Below, piece after piece: positions 1 through 12,087 of a stretch of 64,000 nucleotides of DNA. The first letter of the stretch is position 1; each line of letters opens with the position of its first letter. The position numbers were made by a program, and so were the translations under genes. The notes below the pieces were generated by a model. That model saw nothing but the letters and a program-made list of their open reading frames with translations, had not been told where the DNA came from and did not search any database. Source of the DNA: Escherichia coli (GTDB taxonomy: Bacteria > Pseudomonadota > Gammaproteobacteria > Enterobacterales > Enterobacteriaceae); NCBI RefSeq assembly GCF_041248615.1, contig NZ_CP158426.1; one strand, written 5' to 3'.

Positions 1-206
1 ATGCCATGCTGGATGACGATTCCACGTTGCAAAAAGCCCGTACGAAATTCCTTCAGGCTTACGAAGGCAACATGATGGTGCGTGGCGAAGGTGATGATAT
101 CTGGTATCAAAGGCTCTGGCGGCAATTAACACCAGAGACAATGGAGGCCATCGTTGAACAGTCGCAACGTTTCCTGTTACCGCTGTTTCGCTTTAATCAG
201 TCATGA
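1..206 (+). CDS. recC: RecBCD exonuclease V gamma subunit RecC, C-terminal fragment (5' end lies outside window)
   Basis: ORF ends ...LPLFRFNQS, reading frame open to window edge; sits immediately upstream of ptrA-recB-recD as in E. coli. Recognised from memory. Confidence 0.8.
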   Translation, partial: AMLDDDSTLQKARTKFLQAYEGNMMVRGEGDDIWYQRLWRQLTPETMEAIVEQSQRFLLPLFRFNQS

Positions 207-381
207 GTGCTGTATAAAAATTGCGCAATCTATCCGCTTACTTTATGATGCGCACCAGTCACGGACTGATGGTTATATAAACATAGGCTGACTCGTGCAG
301 CACAAGATTAAATTCTGGCAGATGATTTGCGTTAACGTGTTGAATCTGGACAGAAAATTAAGTTGATTATGAGGTCCGTGA

Positions 382-3270
382 ATGCCCCGCAGCACCTGGT
401 TCAAAGCATTATTGTTGTTAGTTGCCCTTTGGGCACCCTTAAGTCAGGCAGAAACGGGATGGCAGCCGATTCAGGAAACCATCCGTAAAAGTGATAAAGA
501 TAACCGCCAGTATCAGGCTATACGTCTGGATAACGGTATGGTGGTCTTGCTGGTTTCTGATCCGCAGGCAGTTAAATCGCTCTCGGCGCTGGTGGTGCCC
601 GTTGGGTCGCTGGAAGATCCCGAGGCGTACCAGGGGCTGGCACATTACCTTGAACATATGAGTCTGATGGGGTCGAAAAAGTACCCGCAGGCTGACAGTC
701 TGGCCGAATATCTCAAAATGCACGGCGGTAGTCACAATGCCAGCACTGCGCCGTATCGCACGGCTTTCTATCTGGAAGTTGAGAACGACGCCTTGCCTGG
801 TGCGGTAGACCGCCTGGCCGATGCTATTGCTGAACCTTTGCTCGACAAGAAATATGCCGAACGTGAGCGTAATGCGGTGAACGCTGAATTAACCATGGCG
901 CGTACGCGTGACGGGATGCGCATGGCACAGGTCAGCGCAGAAACCATTAACCCGGCACACCCCGGTTCAAAGTTTTCTGGTGGTAACCTCGAAACTTTAA
1001 GCGACAAACCTGGTAATCCGGTGCAGCAGGCGCTGAAAGATTTCCACGAGAAGTACTATTCCGCCAATTTGATGAAGGCGGTTATTTACAGTAATAAACC
1101 GCTGCCGGAGTTGGCAAAAATGGCGGCGGACACCTTTGGTCGCGTGCCGAACAAAGAGAGCAAAAAACCGGAAATCACCGTGCCGGTAGTCACCGACGCG
1201 CAAAAGGGCATTATCATTCATTACGTCCCTGCGCTGCCGCGTAAAGTGTTGCGCGTTGAGTTTCGCATCGATAACAACTCAGCGAAGTTCCGTAGTAAAA
1301 CCGATGAATTGATTACCTATCTGATTGGCAATCGCAGCCCAGGTACACTTTCTGACTGGCTGCAAAAGCAGGGATTAGTTGAGGGCATTAGCGCCAACTC
1401 CGATCCTATCGTCAACGGCAACAGCGGCGTATTAGCGATCTCTGCGTCTTTAACCGATAAAGGCCTGGCTAATCGCGATCAGGTTGTGGCGGCAATTTTT
1501 AGCTATCTCAATCTGTTACGTGAAAAAGGCATTGATAAACAATACTTCGATGAACTGGCGAATGTGCTGGATATCGACTTCCGTTATCCGTCGATCACCC
1601 GTGATATGGATTACGTCGAATGGCTGGCAGATACCATGATTCGCGTTCCTGTTGAGCATACGCTGGATGCAGTCAATATTGCCGATCGGTACGATGCTAA
1701 AGCAGTAAAGGAACGTCTGGCGATGATGACGCCGCAGAATGCGCGTATCTGGTATATCAGCCCGAAAGAGCCGCACAACAAAACGGCTTACTTTGTCGAT
1801 GCGCCGTATCAGGTCGATAAAATCAGCGCACAAACTTTCGCCGACTGGCAGAAAAAAGCCGCCGACATTGCGCTCTCTTTGCCAGAGCTTAACCCTTATA
1901 TTCCTGATGATTTCTCGCTGATTAAGTCAGAGAAGAAATACGACCATCCAGAGCTGATTGTTGATGAGTCGAATCTGCGCGTGGTGTATGCGCCAAGCCG
2001 TTATTTTGCCAGCGAGCCCAAAGCTGATGTCAGCCTGATTTTGCGTAATCCGAAAGCCATGGACAGCGCCCGCAATCAGGTGATGTTTGCGCTCAATGAT
2101 TATCTCGCAGGGCTGGCGCTTGATCAGTTAAGCAACCAGGCGTCGGTTGGTGGCATAAGTTTTTCCACCAACGCTAACAACGGCCTTATGGTTAATGCTA
2201 ATGGTTACACCCAGCGTCTGCCGCAGCTGTTCCAGGCATTGCTCGAGGGGTACTTTAGCTATACCGCTACGGAAGATCAGCTTGAGCAGGCGAAGTCCTG
2301 GTATAACCAGATGATGGATTCCGCAGAAAAGGGTAAAGCGTTTGAGCAGGCGATTATGCCCGCGCAGATGCTCTCGCAAGTGCCGTACTTCTCGCGAGAT
2401 GAACGGCGTAAAATTTTGCCCTCCATTACGTTGAAAGAGGTGCTGGCCTATCGCGACGCCTTAAAATCAGGGGCTCGACCAGAGTTTATGGTTATCGGCA
2501 ACATGACCGAGGCCCAGGCAACAACGCTGGCACGCGATGTGCAAAAACAGTTGGGCGCTGATGGTTCAGAGTGGTGTCGAAACAAAGATGTAGTGGTCGA
2601 TAAAAAACAATCCGTCATCTTTGAAAAAGCCGGTAACAGCACCGACTCCGCACTGGCAGCGGTATTTGTACCGACTGGCTACGATGAATACACCAGCTCA
2701 GCCTATAGCTCTCTGTTGGGGCAGATCGTACAGCCGTGGTTCTACAATCAGTTGCGTACCGAAGAACAATTGGGCTATGCCGTGTTTGCGTTTCCAATGA
2801 GCGTGGGGCGTCAGTGGGGCATGGGCTTCCTTTTGCAAAGCAATGATAAACAGCCTTCATTCTTGTGGGAGCGTTACAAGGCGTTTTTCCCAACCGCAGA
2901 GGCAAAATTGCGAGCGATGAAGCCAGATGAGTTTGCGCAAATCCAGCAGGCGGTAATTACCCAGATGCTGCAGGCACCGCAAACGCTCGGCGAAGAAGCA
3001 TCGAAGTTAAGTAAAGATTTCGATCGCGGCAATATGCGCTTCGATTCGCGTGATAAAATCGTGGCCCAGATAAAACTGCTGACGCCGCAAAAACTTGCTG
3101 ATTTCTTCCATCAGGCGGTGGTCGAGCCGCAAGGCATGGCTATTCTGTCGCAGATTTCCGGCAGCCAGAACGGGAAAGCCGAATATGTACACCCTGAAGG
3201 CTGGAAAGTGTGGGAGAACGTCAGCGCGTTGCAGCAAACAATGCCCCTGATGAGTGAAAAGAATGAGTGA
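382..3270 (+). CDS. ptrA: Protease III (pitrilysin), periplasmic M16 zinc metalloprotease
   Basis: 962 aa ORF with signal peptide and HxxEH inverted zinc motif (GLAHYLEHM); stop overlaps recB start. Confidence 0.95.
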   Translation: MPRSTWFKALLLLVALWAPLSQAETGWQPIQETIRKSDKDNRQYQAIRLDNGMVVLLVSDPQAVKSLSALVVPVGSLEDPEAYQGLAHYLEHMSLMGSKKYPQADSLAEYLKMHGGSHNASTAPYRTAFYLEVENDALPGAVDRLADAIAEPLLDKKYAERERNAVNAELTMARTRDGMRMAQVSAETINPAHPGSKFSGGNLETLSDKPGNPVQQALKDFHEKYYSANLMKAVIYSNKPLPELAKMAADTFGRVPNKESKKPEITVPVVTDAQKGIIIHYVPALPRKVLRVEFRIDNNSAKFRSKTDELITYLIGNRSPGTLSDWLQKQGLVEGISANSDPIVNGNSGVLAISASLTDKGLANRDQVVAAIFSYLNLLREKGIDKQYFDELANVLDIDFRYPSITRDMDYVEWLADTMIRVPVEHTLDAVNIADRYDAKAVKERLAMMTPQNARIWYISPKEPHNKTAYFVDAPYQVDKISAQTFADWQKKAADIALSLPELNPYIPDDFSLIKSEKKYDHPELIVDESNLRVVYAPSRYFASEPKADVSLILRNPKAMDSARNQVMFALNDYLAGLALDQLSNQASVGGISFSTNANNGLMVNANGYTQRLPQLFQALLEGYFSYTATEDQLEQAKSWYNQMMDSAEKGKAFEQAIMPAQMLSQVPYFSRDERRKILPSITLKEVLAYRDALKSGARPEFMVIGNMTEAQATTLARDVQKQLGADGSEWCRNKDVVVDKKQSVIFEKAGNSTDSALAAVFVPTGYDEYTSSAYSSLLGQIVQPWFYNQLRTEEQLGYAVFAFPMSVGRQWGMGFLLQSNDKQPSFLWERYKAFFPTAEAKLRAMKPDEFAQIQQAVITQMLQAPQTLGEEASKLSKDFDRGNMRFDSRDKIVAQIKLLTPQKLADFFHQAVVEPQGMAILSQISGSQNGKAEYVHPEGWKVWENVSALQQTMPLMSEKNE

Positions 3271-6200
3271 TGTCGACGAGACACTAGATCCTTTGCGCTT
3301 GCCCTTACAGGGTGAGCGCCTGATTGAAGCCTCTGCCGGCACAGGCAAAACCTTTACGATTGCGGCGCTCTATTTGCGCCTGTTACTTGGACTAGGCGGT
3401 TCCGCCGCCTTTCCCCGCCCGCTGACCGTTGAAGAACTGCTGGTGGTCACCTTTACCGAGGCTGCCACGGCAGAATTGCGCGGTCGTATCCGTAGCAATA
3501 TCCACGAGTTGCGCATCGCCTGTCTGCGTGAAACCACCGACAATCCACTGTACGAACGCCTGCTGGAAGAGATCGACGATAAAGCGCAAGCCGCGCAGTG
3601 GTTGTTGTTAGCCGAACGGCAGATGGATGAAGCGGCAGTCTTTACTATTCACGGCTTTTGCCAGCGCATGCTCAACCTGAATGCCTTTGAATCCGGCATG
3701 CTGTTTGAGCAGCAGCTGATTGAAGATGAGTCTCTGCTACGCTACCAGGCCTGCGCCGATTTCTGGCGTCGCCACTGCTACCCGCTGCCGCGTGAAATAG
3801 CCCAGGTCGTCTTTGAAACCTGGAAAGGGCCGCAGGCGTTGCTGCGCGATATTAATCGTTATCTGCAAGGCGAAGCGCCGGTTATCAAAGCACCGCCGCC
3901 CGATGATGAAACGCTGGCTTCCCGTCACGCGCAAATTGTGGCGCGTATTGATACGGTAAAACAGCAGTGGCGCGACGCAGTGGGTGAACTGGATGCGCTG
4001 ATCGAATCTTCTGGTATTGATCGACGCAAGTTTAACCGTAGCAATCAGGCTAAATGGATCGACAAGATCAGCGCCTGGGCAGAAGAAGAGACAAACAGTT
4101 ATCAGTTGCCGGAGTCGCTGGAAAAATTCTCCCAGCGTTTCTTAGAAGATCGCACGAAGGCCGGGGGGGAAACCCCGCGACATCCACTGTTTGAGGCGAT
4201 CGATCAACTGCTTGCAGAACCATTGTCGATCCGCGATCTGGTGATCACCCGCGCATTGGCTGAGATCCGCGAAACAGTAGCGCGTGAAAAACGCCGCCGT
4301 GGCGAATTGGGTTTTGATGACATGTTAAGTCGGCTCGATTCCGCGCTGCGTAGCGAAAGCGGTGAGGTGTTGGCAGCGGCGATCCGTACGCGATTCCCGG
4401 TGGCAATGATCGATGAATTTCAGGATACCGACCCCCAGCAGTACCGAATTTTTCGCCGTATCTGGCACCATCAGCCGGAAACCGCATTGTTGCTAATTGG
4501 CGACCCGAAGCAGGCCATATATGCATTCCGGGGTGCGGATATCTTCACTTATATGAAGGCGCGTAGCGAAGTTCACGCCCACTACACTTTAGACACCAAC
4601 TGGCGTTCCGCACCAGGAATGGTGAACAGCGTGAATAAGCTTTTCAGCCAGACTGATGACGCGTTCATGTTTCGCGAAATACCGTTTATTCCAGTGAAAT
4701 CAGCCGGGAAAAATCAGGCGTTACGTTTTGTATTTAAAGGTGAAACACAGCCTGCGATGAAAATGTGGCTGATGGAAGGCGAAAGCTGCGGCGTTGGCGA
4801 TTATCAAAGTACCATGGCGCAGGTATGTGCTGCGCAAATCCGCGACTGGCTACAAGCCGGACAGCGGGGCGAAGCGTTGCTGATGAACGGCGACGACGCG
4901 CGTCCGGTGCGTGCTTCGGACATCAGTGTGCTGGTGCGCAGCCGCCAGGAGGCCGCCCAGGTGCGCGATGCCTTAACGTTGCTGGAAATCCCTTCCGTTT
5001 ACCTTTCGAACCGCGACAGTGTTTTTGAAACTCTGGAAGCGCAGGAAATGCTTTGGTTGTTGCAGGCGGTGATGACGCCCGAACGTGAGAACACCCTGCG
5101 TAGTGCGCTGGCAACGTCAATGATGGGGCTGAACGCGCTGGATATCGAAACGCTGAACAATGACGAACATGCGTGGGATGTGGTAGTCGAAGAGTTCGAT
5201 GGTTATCGGCAAATCTGGCGCAAACGTGGCGTTATGCCGATGCTGCGGGCGCTGATGTCGGCGCGTAACATTGCTGAAAACTTGCTGGCAACGGCAGGCG
5301 GTGAGCGGCGTCTTACCGATATCTTGCATATCAGCGAACTGCTACAAGAAGCCGGAACGCAGCTGGAAAGTGAACATGCGCTGGTACGCTGGTTATCGCA
5401 ACATATCCTCGAGCCAGACAGTAATGCCTCCAGCCAACAAATGCGTCTCGAAAGTGATAAACATCTGGTGCAGATTGTCACGATCCACAAATCGAAAGGG
5501 CTGGAATATCCATTGGTCTGGCTGCCGTTTATCACCAATTTCCGCGTCCAGGAGCAGGCGTTTTATCACGATCGCCACTCGTTTGAGGCAGTTCTGGATC
5601 TTAATGCTGCGCCAGAAAGCGTCGACCTCGCGGAGGCCGAACGTCTGGCGGAAGATCTGCGTTTGCTTTACGTGGCGCTGACACGTTCGGTTTGGCATTG
5701 CAGTCTCGGCGTTGCACCGCTGGTGCGCCGTCGTGGCGATAAAAAAGGTGACACCGACGTCCACCAAAGTGCGCTCGGGCGTTTGCTGCAAAAAGGGGAA
5801 CCGCAAGATGCGGCAGGGCTTCGCACCTGTATTGAAGCGTTATGCGATGATGATATTGCCTGGCAAACGGCACAAACTGGTGATAACCAACCCTGGCAGG
5901 TTAATGATGTTTCTACAGCAGAGCTGAATGCGAAGACGTTACAACGATTGCCCGGCGATAACTGGCGCGTCACCAGCTACTCTGGTTTGCAACAGCGTGG
6001 TCACGGTATCGCCCAGGATTTGATGCCTCGGCTGGATGTCGATGCTGCAGGCGTTGCCAGCGTCGTTGAAGAACCGACGTTAACACCACATCAGTTTCCG
6101 CGCGGTGCGTCACCGGGGACGTTCTTGCACAGTTTGTTTGAAGACCTGGATTTTACCCAGCCGGTTGACCCGAACTGGGTGCGGGAAAAACTGGAACTCG

Positions 6201-6805
6201 GCGGCTTTGAATCGCAGTGGGAACCGGTATTGACCGAGTGGATCACGGCTGTCCTCCAGGCACCTCTCAATGAAACCGGCGTAAGCCTGAGTCAACTTTC
6301 CGCCCGCAATAAACAGGTGGAGATGGAGTTTTATCTGCCGATTAGTGAACCGCTTATCGCCAGTCAGCTTGATACGTTAATCCGCCAGTTTGACCCGCTA
6401 TCCGCAGGCTGCCCGCCGCTGGAGTTCATGCAGGTACGTGGCATGTTAAAAGGCTTTATCGACCTGGTGTTCCGCCACGAAGGGCGTTATTACCTGCTCG
6501 ACTATAAATCCAACTGGTTGGGTGAAGACAGTTCGGCTTACACCCAACAGGCTATGGCAGCGGCAATGCAGGCACACCGCTATGATCTGCAATATCAGCT
6601 TTATACCCTGGCGCTGCATCGTTATCTGCGCCATCGCATTGCTGATTACGACTATGAGCACCACTTTGGCGGCGTTATTTATCTGTTCCTGCGTGGCGTT
6701 GATAAAGAACATCCGCAACAGGGGATTTACACAACCCGACCCAACGCCGGGTTGATTGCCCTGATGGATGAGATGTTTGCCGGTATGACCCTGGAGGAGG
6801 CGTAA
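3263..6805 (+). CDS. recB: RecBCD helicase/nuclease subunit RecB
   Basis: 1180 aa from ATG at 3263 (MSDVDETLD...); Walker A GTGKT near N-terminus; the track ORF begins 9 nt earlier at a GTG. Overlaps ptrA stop by 8 nt. Confidence 0.95.
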
Positions 6806-8631
6806 TGAAATTGCAAAAGCAATTACTGGAAGCTGTGGAGCACAAACAGCTACGCCCGCTGGATGTGCAATTTGCCCTGACCGTGGCGGGAGATGAACAT
6901 CCTGCCGTCACCCTCGCGGCGGCACTGTTAAGTCATGATGCCGGAGAGGGACACGTTTGTTTGCCGCTTTCACGACTGGAAAATAACGAGGCGTCGCATC
7001 CGCTGTTGGCGACCTGTGTCAGTGAAATCGGTGAGCTACAAAATTGGGAAGAATGCTTGCTGGCTTCTCAAGCGGTCAGCAGGGGAGATGAACCCACGCC
7101 GATGATCCTCTGTGGCGATCGTCTTTATTTGAATCGCATGTGGTGTAACGAGCGCACAGTGGCACGCTTTTTCAACGAAGTGAATCATGCCATTGAGGTT
7201 GATGAAGCTCTACTGGCGCAAACCCTGGACAAACTTTTTCCAGTAAGCGATGAAATTAACTGGCAAAAAGTTGCGGCGGCAGTGGCGCTGACGCGGCGGA
7301 TCTCGGTGATTTCCGGCGGCCCTGGCACCGGTAAAACGACCACCGTAGCGAAGTTGCTGGCAGCGTTAATTCAAATGGCCGACGGCGAACGCTGCCGTAT
7401 CCGTCTGGCTGCACCAACGGGTAAAGCTGCCGCGCGCTTAACCGAATCTCTCGGCAAGGCTTTGCGACAGTTACCGCTGACCGATGAACAAAAGAAACGC
7501 ATTCCGGAAGATGCCAGCACTTTGCACCGATTGCTGGGCGCGCAGCCGGGTAGCCAGCGTTTACGTCATCATGCCGGTAACCCGCTGCATCTTGATGTGC
7601 TGGTGGTAGATGAAGCGTCAATGATCGATCTGCCTATGATGTCGAGACTGATCGACGCCTTGCCCGATCATGCGCGAGTGATCTTTCTCGGCGATCGTGA
7701 TCAACTGGCCTCGGTTGAGGCTGGGGCTGTGCTGGGCGATATCTGCGCTTATGCCAACGCGGGCTTTACCGCCGAGCGTGCCAGGCAGCTAAGCCGCCTG
7801 ACGGGGACTCACGTTCCGGCAGGAACCGGCACAGAAGCGGCATCTTTGCGCGACAGTCTCTGCCTGCTGCAAAAAAGCTATCGTTTCGGCAGCGATTCTG
7901 GCATTGGTCAGTTAGCTGCGGCGATCAACCGTGGTGATAAAACGGCAGTGAAAACCGTTTTTCAGCAGGATTTTACTGATATCGAAAAACGGCTTTTACA
8001 GAGCGGCGAAGATTATATTGCGATGCTTGAGGAAGCTCTTGCGGGTTACGGACGTTATCTGGATCTGCTGCAAGCGCGTGCCGAGCCGGATTTAATCATT
8101 CAGGCGTTCAATGAGTACCAGCTTTTGTGCGCCCTGCGGGAAGGGCCGTTTGGCGTGGCTGGACTGAATGAGCGAATTGAGCAGTTTATGCAACAGAAGC
8201 GCAAAATTCATCGTCATCCGCACTCTCGTTGGTACGAAGGTCGACCGGTGATGATTGCCCGTAATGACAGCGCGCTTGGGTTGTTTAATGGCGATATCGG
8301 TATTGCGCTGGATCGCGGGCAGGGGACGCGCGTCTGGTTTGCGATGCCGGACGGCAATATTAAGTCTGTGCAACCGAGTCGCTTGCCAGAGCACGAAACT
8401 ACGTGGGCGATGACGGTACATAAATCGCAGGGATCGGAGTTCGACCATGCGGCGTTGATTTTGCCGAGCCAACGCACGCCGGTAGTAACGCGAGAGCTGG
8501 TTTATACCGCGGTGACCCGCGCGCGTCGCCGTCTGTCGCTGTATGCCGATGAGCGCATATTAAGTGCGGCAATCGCCACTCGTACTGAGCGGCGCAGTGG
8601 TCTGGCGGCGTTGTTTAGTTCACGGGAATAA
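6805..8631 (+). CDS. recD: RecBCD helicase subunit RecD
   Basis: 608 aa; Walker [11 protein letters not shown]; ATG overlaps recB TAA by 1 nt (TAATG), consistent with translational coupling. Confidence 0.95.
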
Positions 8632-8640
8632 ACGTAATTG

Positions 8641-8681
8641 CCGGATGCGACGTACGAGTGTTACGCATGTCGCATCCGACG
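8641..8681. repeat. REP-like palindrome between convergent recD and argA (likely bidirectional terminator)
   Basis: ccggatgcgacg...cgtcgcatccgac inverted repeat seen directly in sequence. Confidence 0.6.
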
Positions 8682-8692
8682 ATTTTCATCGC

Positions 8693-10024
8693 TTACCCTA
8701 AATCCGCCATCAACACTTTGGATTTACGCTGGTAGTTGTACAACTGCTTTTTGCTCTCGGGCAGTAAATCAATATCCACTGGGGTAAATCCACGTTCCTG
8801 GAACCAGTGAATACTGCGCGTGGTCAGCACAAACAATTTGCTTAAGCCGCTCTGCTTCGCCTGAGCGGCAATGCGTTCCAGCAGAACTTCACCCCTTGAT
8901 GAACTGCGGTAATCCGGGTGAACTGCCACACAGGCCATTTCCCCAATCTTCTCTTCCGGGAACGGATAGAGCGCGGCGCAGGCAATAGTCGTGTTATCGC
9001 GCTGAATAATGGTGAATTTGTCGATTTCCATCTCCAGCTGCTCGCGAGAACGGCGTACCAGAATACCTTGCTGCTCCAGTGGGCGAATCAACTCCAGAAT
9101 ACCGCCAATATCGTTGATTGTTGCGCGACGAATCTGCTCGGCGCTTTCCATCACAATCTGCGTACCGATACCGTCGCGTGAGAACAACTCTTGCAACAGC
9201 GCGCCATCTTCCTGATAACTGATTAAATGACAGCGACGCACGCCGCTGCGGCAGGCTTTCACTGCGCCACGCAAAAAGCGCACCGTACCGGAGTTGTAAT
9301 CGCCTTTCTCTTCCTGGGCTTCTACCCGCGCTTGCGCTTCGTTAGGGAAAAGTTCGGAGACAATATCACCGTCGTCATTAGTGACGCCCTGGGAAGAGCA
9401 AAAACCAATCATCTTTTCAGCTTTCAGTTTGATGGCCAGTTGAGTGGCAATCTCTTCCGAGGTCAGGTTAAAGCTCTCGCCAGTGACTGAAACAGCGACC
9501 GGCCCCATTAGCACTATTGCACCGCTGTCCAGTTGACGATGGATCGCGTCTTCATCAATCCGCCGGATACGCCCGCTATGGCAGTAATCCACGCCGTCAT
9601 CGACGCCCAGCGGCTGGGCAATAATAAAATTGCCACTGACGACGTTGATATGCGCGCCCTGCAGCGGCGTGTTATTGAGACTCATCGACAGGCGAGCAGT
9701 AATATCCAGTTGCAATGTTCCCGCAGCCTGCTTCACCAGTTCCAGTGTTTTGGCGTCGGTCACACGTATATTCTTGTGATACAGCGGTTCGTGGTGATGC
9801 GCAGCCAGATTTGCGTCGATCTGCGGACGTGCGCCATAGACCACCACCAGACGGATGCCGAGGCTGTGCAACAACCCGATATCATTAACGATACTGGAGA
9901 AATTCTCATGCTCAATGGCTTCACCGCCGAGCATGATGACAAACGTTTTTCCCCGGTGGGTATTGATATAGGGAACCGAATGGCGGAATCCCTCGACCAA
10001 CTCGGTTTTACGTTCCTTTACCAC
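8693..10024 (-). CDS. argA: N-acetylglutamate synthase
   Basis: 443 aa from GTG at 10024 ([13 protein letters not shown]...) with AAGAGG ribosome-binding site upstream; the track ORF extends 22 codons further upstream. C-terminal GNAT domain. Confidence 0.9.
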   Translation of the reverse strand: MVKERKTELVEGFRHSVPYINTHRGKTFVIMLGGEAIEHENFSSIVNDIGLLHSLGIRLVVVYGARPQIDANLAAHHHEPLYHKNIRVTDAKTLELVKQAAGTLQLDITARLSMSLNNTPLQGAHINVVSGNFIIAQPLGVDDGVDYCHSGRIRRIDEDAIHRQLDSGAIVLMGPVAVSVTGESFNLTSEEIATQLAIKLKAEKMIGFCSSQGVTNDDGDIVSELFPNEAQARVEAQEEKGDYNSGTVRFLRGAVKACRSGVRRCHLISYQEDGALLQELFSRDGIGTQIVMESAEQIRRATINDIGGILELIRPLEQQGILVRRSREQLEMEIDKFTIIQRDNTTIACAALYPFPEEKIGEMACVAVHPDYRSSSRGEVLLERIAAQAKQSGLSKLFVLTTRSIHWFQERGFTPVDIDLLPESKKQLYNYQRKSKVLMADLG

Positions 10025-10255
10025 GGCACACCTCTTTGCATGATTATTCGAAATTAGTGTATTTTTATTCTGTTTTTTCGCAGGGTGCAAGTGTAAATTT
10101 TATGCGAGAGCGACTTTTTTATCAGTAATGCCGTGAATATAAAAAGAATGTTTACCGTTTATTAGATGACAGATTATGCGTCTTTCGCTAAAGTTTCCGG
10201 TCAAATTAGTCGTTTACTTGTTACACAGCTTAGATTTCTTTTGCTCGGGAGAGGC

Positions 10256-11509
10256 ATGTCAGGATCCAACACTGCAATCAGCCGTCGTCGTTTACTGCAA
10301 GGCGCGGGTGCCATGTGGCTATTGAGCGTAAGTCAGGTCAGTCTGGCTGCGGTCAGCCAGGTCGTGGCGGTGCGCGTCTGGCCTGCGTCCAGCTACACCC
10401 GCGTGACGGTGGAATCAAATCGTCAGCTGAAATATAAGCAGTTCGCGTTGAGTAACCCTGAACGCGTGGTGGTGGATATCGAAGATGTAAACCTGAACTC
10501 GGTACTCAAGGGGATGGCGGCACAAATTCGTGCAGACGACCCGTTCATCAAGTCGGCGCGCGTCGGGCAATTTGACCCGCAAACCGTACGGATGGTTTTT
10601 GAATTAAAGCAAAACGTAAAACCGCAGCTGTTTGCCCTTGCGCCGGTCGCCGGGTTTAAAGAGCGTCTGGTGATGGACCTCTATCCGGCCAATGCACAGG
10701 ATATGCAGGACCCGCTGCTGGCGCTGCTGGAGGATTACAACAAAGGCGACCTCGAAAAGCAGGTGCCGCCAGCGCAAAGTGGTCCACAACCGGGTAAAGC
10801 AGGGCGCGATCGTCCGATTGTCATTATGCTTGACCCTGGCCACGGTGGCGAAGACTCCGGTGCGGTGGGGAAATACAAAACGCGCGAAAAAGATGTGGTA
10901 TTGCAAATAGCTCGCCGTTTGCGCTCTCTGATCGAGAAAGAGGGCAATATGAAGGTGTACATGACGCGCAATGAAGACATCTTCATTCCATTGCAAGTGC
11001 GCGTAGCAAAAGCCCAGAAACAGCGTGCTGACCTGTTTGTCTCTATCCATGCCGACGCCTTTACCAGTCGTCAGCCGAGCGGTTCCTCTGTGTTTGCGCT
11101 CTCAACCAAAGGTGCAACCAGTACTGCGGCAAAATATCTGGCACAAACCCAGAACGCCTCGGACTTGATTGGTGGCGTGAGCAAAAGCGGTGACCGCTAT
11201 GTCGACCACACCATGTTCGATATGGTACAGTCGCTGACCATTGCCGACAGCCTGAAGTTTGGTAAAGCGGTACTGAATAAGCTCGGTAAAATCAACAAGC
11301 TGCATAAAAATCAAGTTGAACAGGCCGGGTTTGCCGTACTAAAGGCACCAGATATTCCCTCCATTCTGGTCGAAACGGCGTTTATCAGTAACGTTGAGGA
11401 AGAGCGTAAACTGAAAACGGCGACTTTCCAGCAGGAAGTTGCGGAGTCTATTCTTGCGGGGATTAAAGCGTATTTTGCCGATGGGGCGACGCTGGCGAGA
11501 AGGGGATGA
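10256..11509 (+). CDS. amiC: N-acetylmuramoyl-L-alanine amidase AmiC (Tat-exported)
   Basis: Start set at [23 protein letters not shown], which carries a twin-arginine signal; 417 aa; the track ORF has a 30-codon upstream extension. Confidence 0.9.
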
Positions 11510-11510
11510 T

Positions 11511-11540
11511 AAAAAGGCGCTGAATGGCGCTTTTTTATGG
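11511..11540 (+). terminator. Putative intrinsic terminator downstream of amiC
   Basis: aaaaaggcgc-tgaatg-gcgctttttt hairpin followed by T-run. Confidence 0.5.
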
Positions 11541-11551
11541 GAGGCCAGAAA

Positions 11552-11576
11552 CAAAAAAACACCCGTTAGGGTGTTC
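11552..11576 (-). terminator. Putative intrinsic terminator of the tRNA-fMet operon
   Basis: On the minus strand: acaccc-taac-gggtgt hairpin followed by TTTTTTTG, directly 3' of the last tRNA. Confidence 0.55.
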
Positions 11577-11582
11577 AATAAT

Positions 11583-11659
<77 letters not shown>

Positions 11660-11692
11660 TCACCGTACTGCTTTTACTTCATCAAATTTGAT

Positions 11693-11769
<77 letters not shown>

Positions 11770-11802
11770 TCACCGTACTGCTTTACTTCATCAAATTTTA
11801 AT

Positions 11803-11879
<77 letters not shown>

Positions 11880-12087
11880 TCCGTGGATGCGCACTATACT
11901 CCGCTCGCGTTTTCATGCAACCTTTTTTTTACCCCGATCACGGATTTGGCATGATTTTGAACAAAAACAAATCACTAAAGCCTATTTTTTGTGCAAAATT
12001 TGCGTCAGGGAGAGGCTGCTCATTTCATTAAACGCGGCGGTTTGTTATCTTCGTTGCGCCTTATTTTTTAACCTGAAGAAGAGAACA

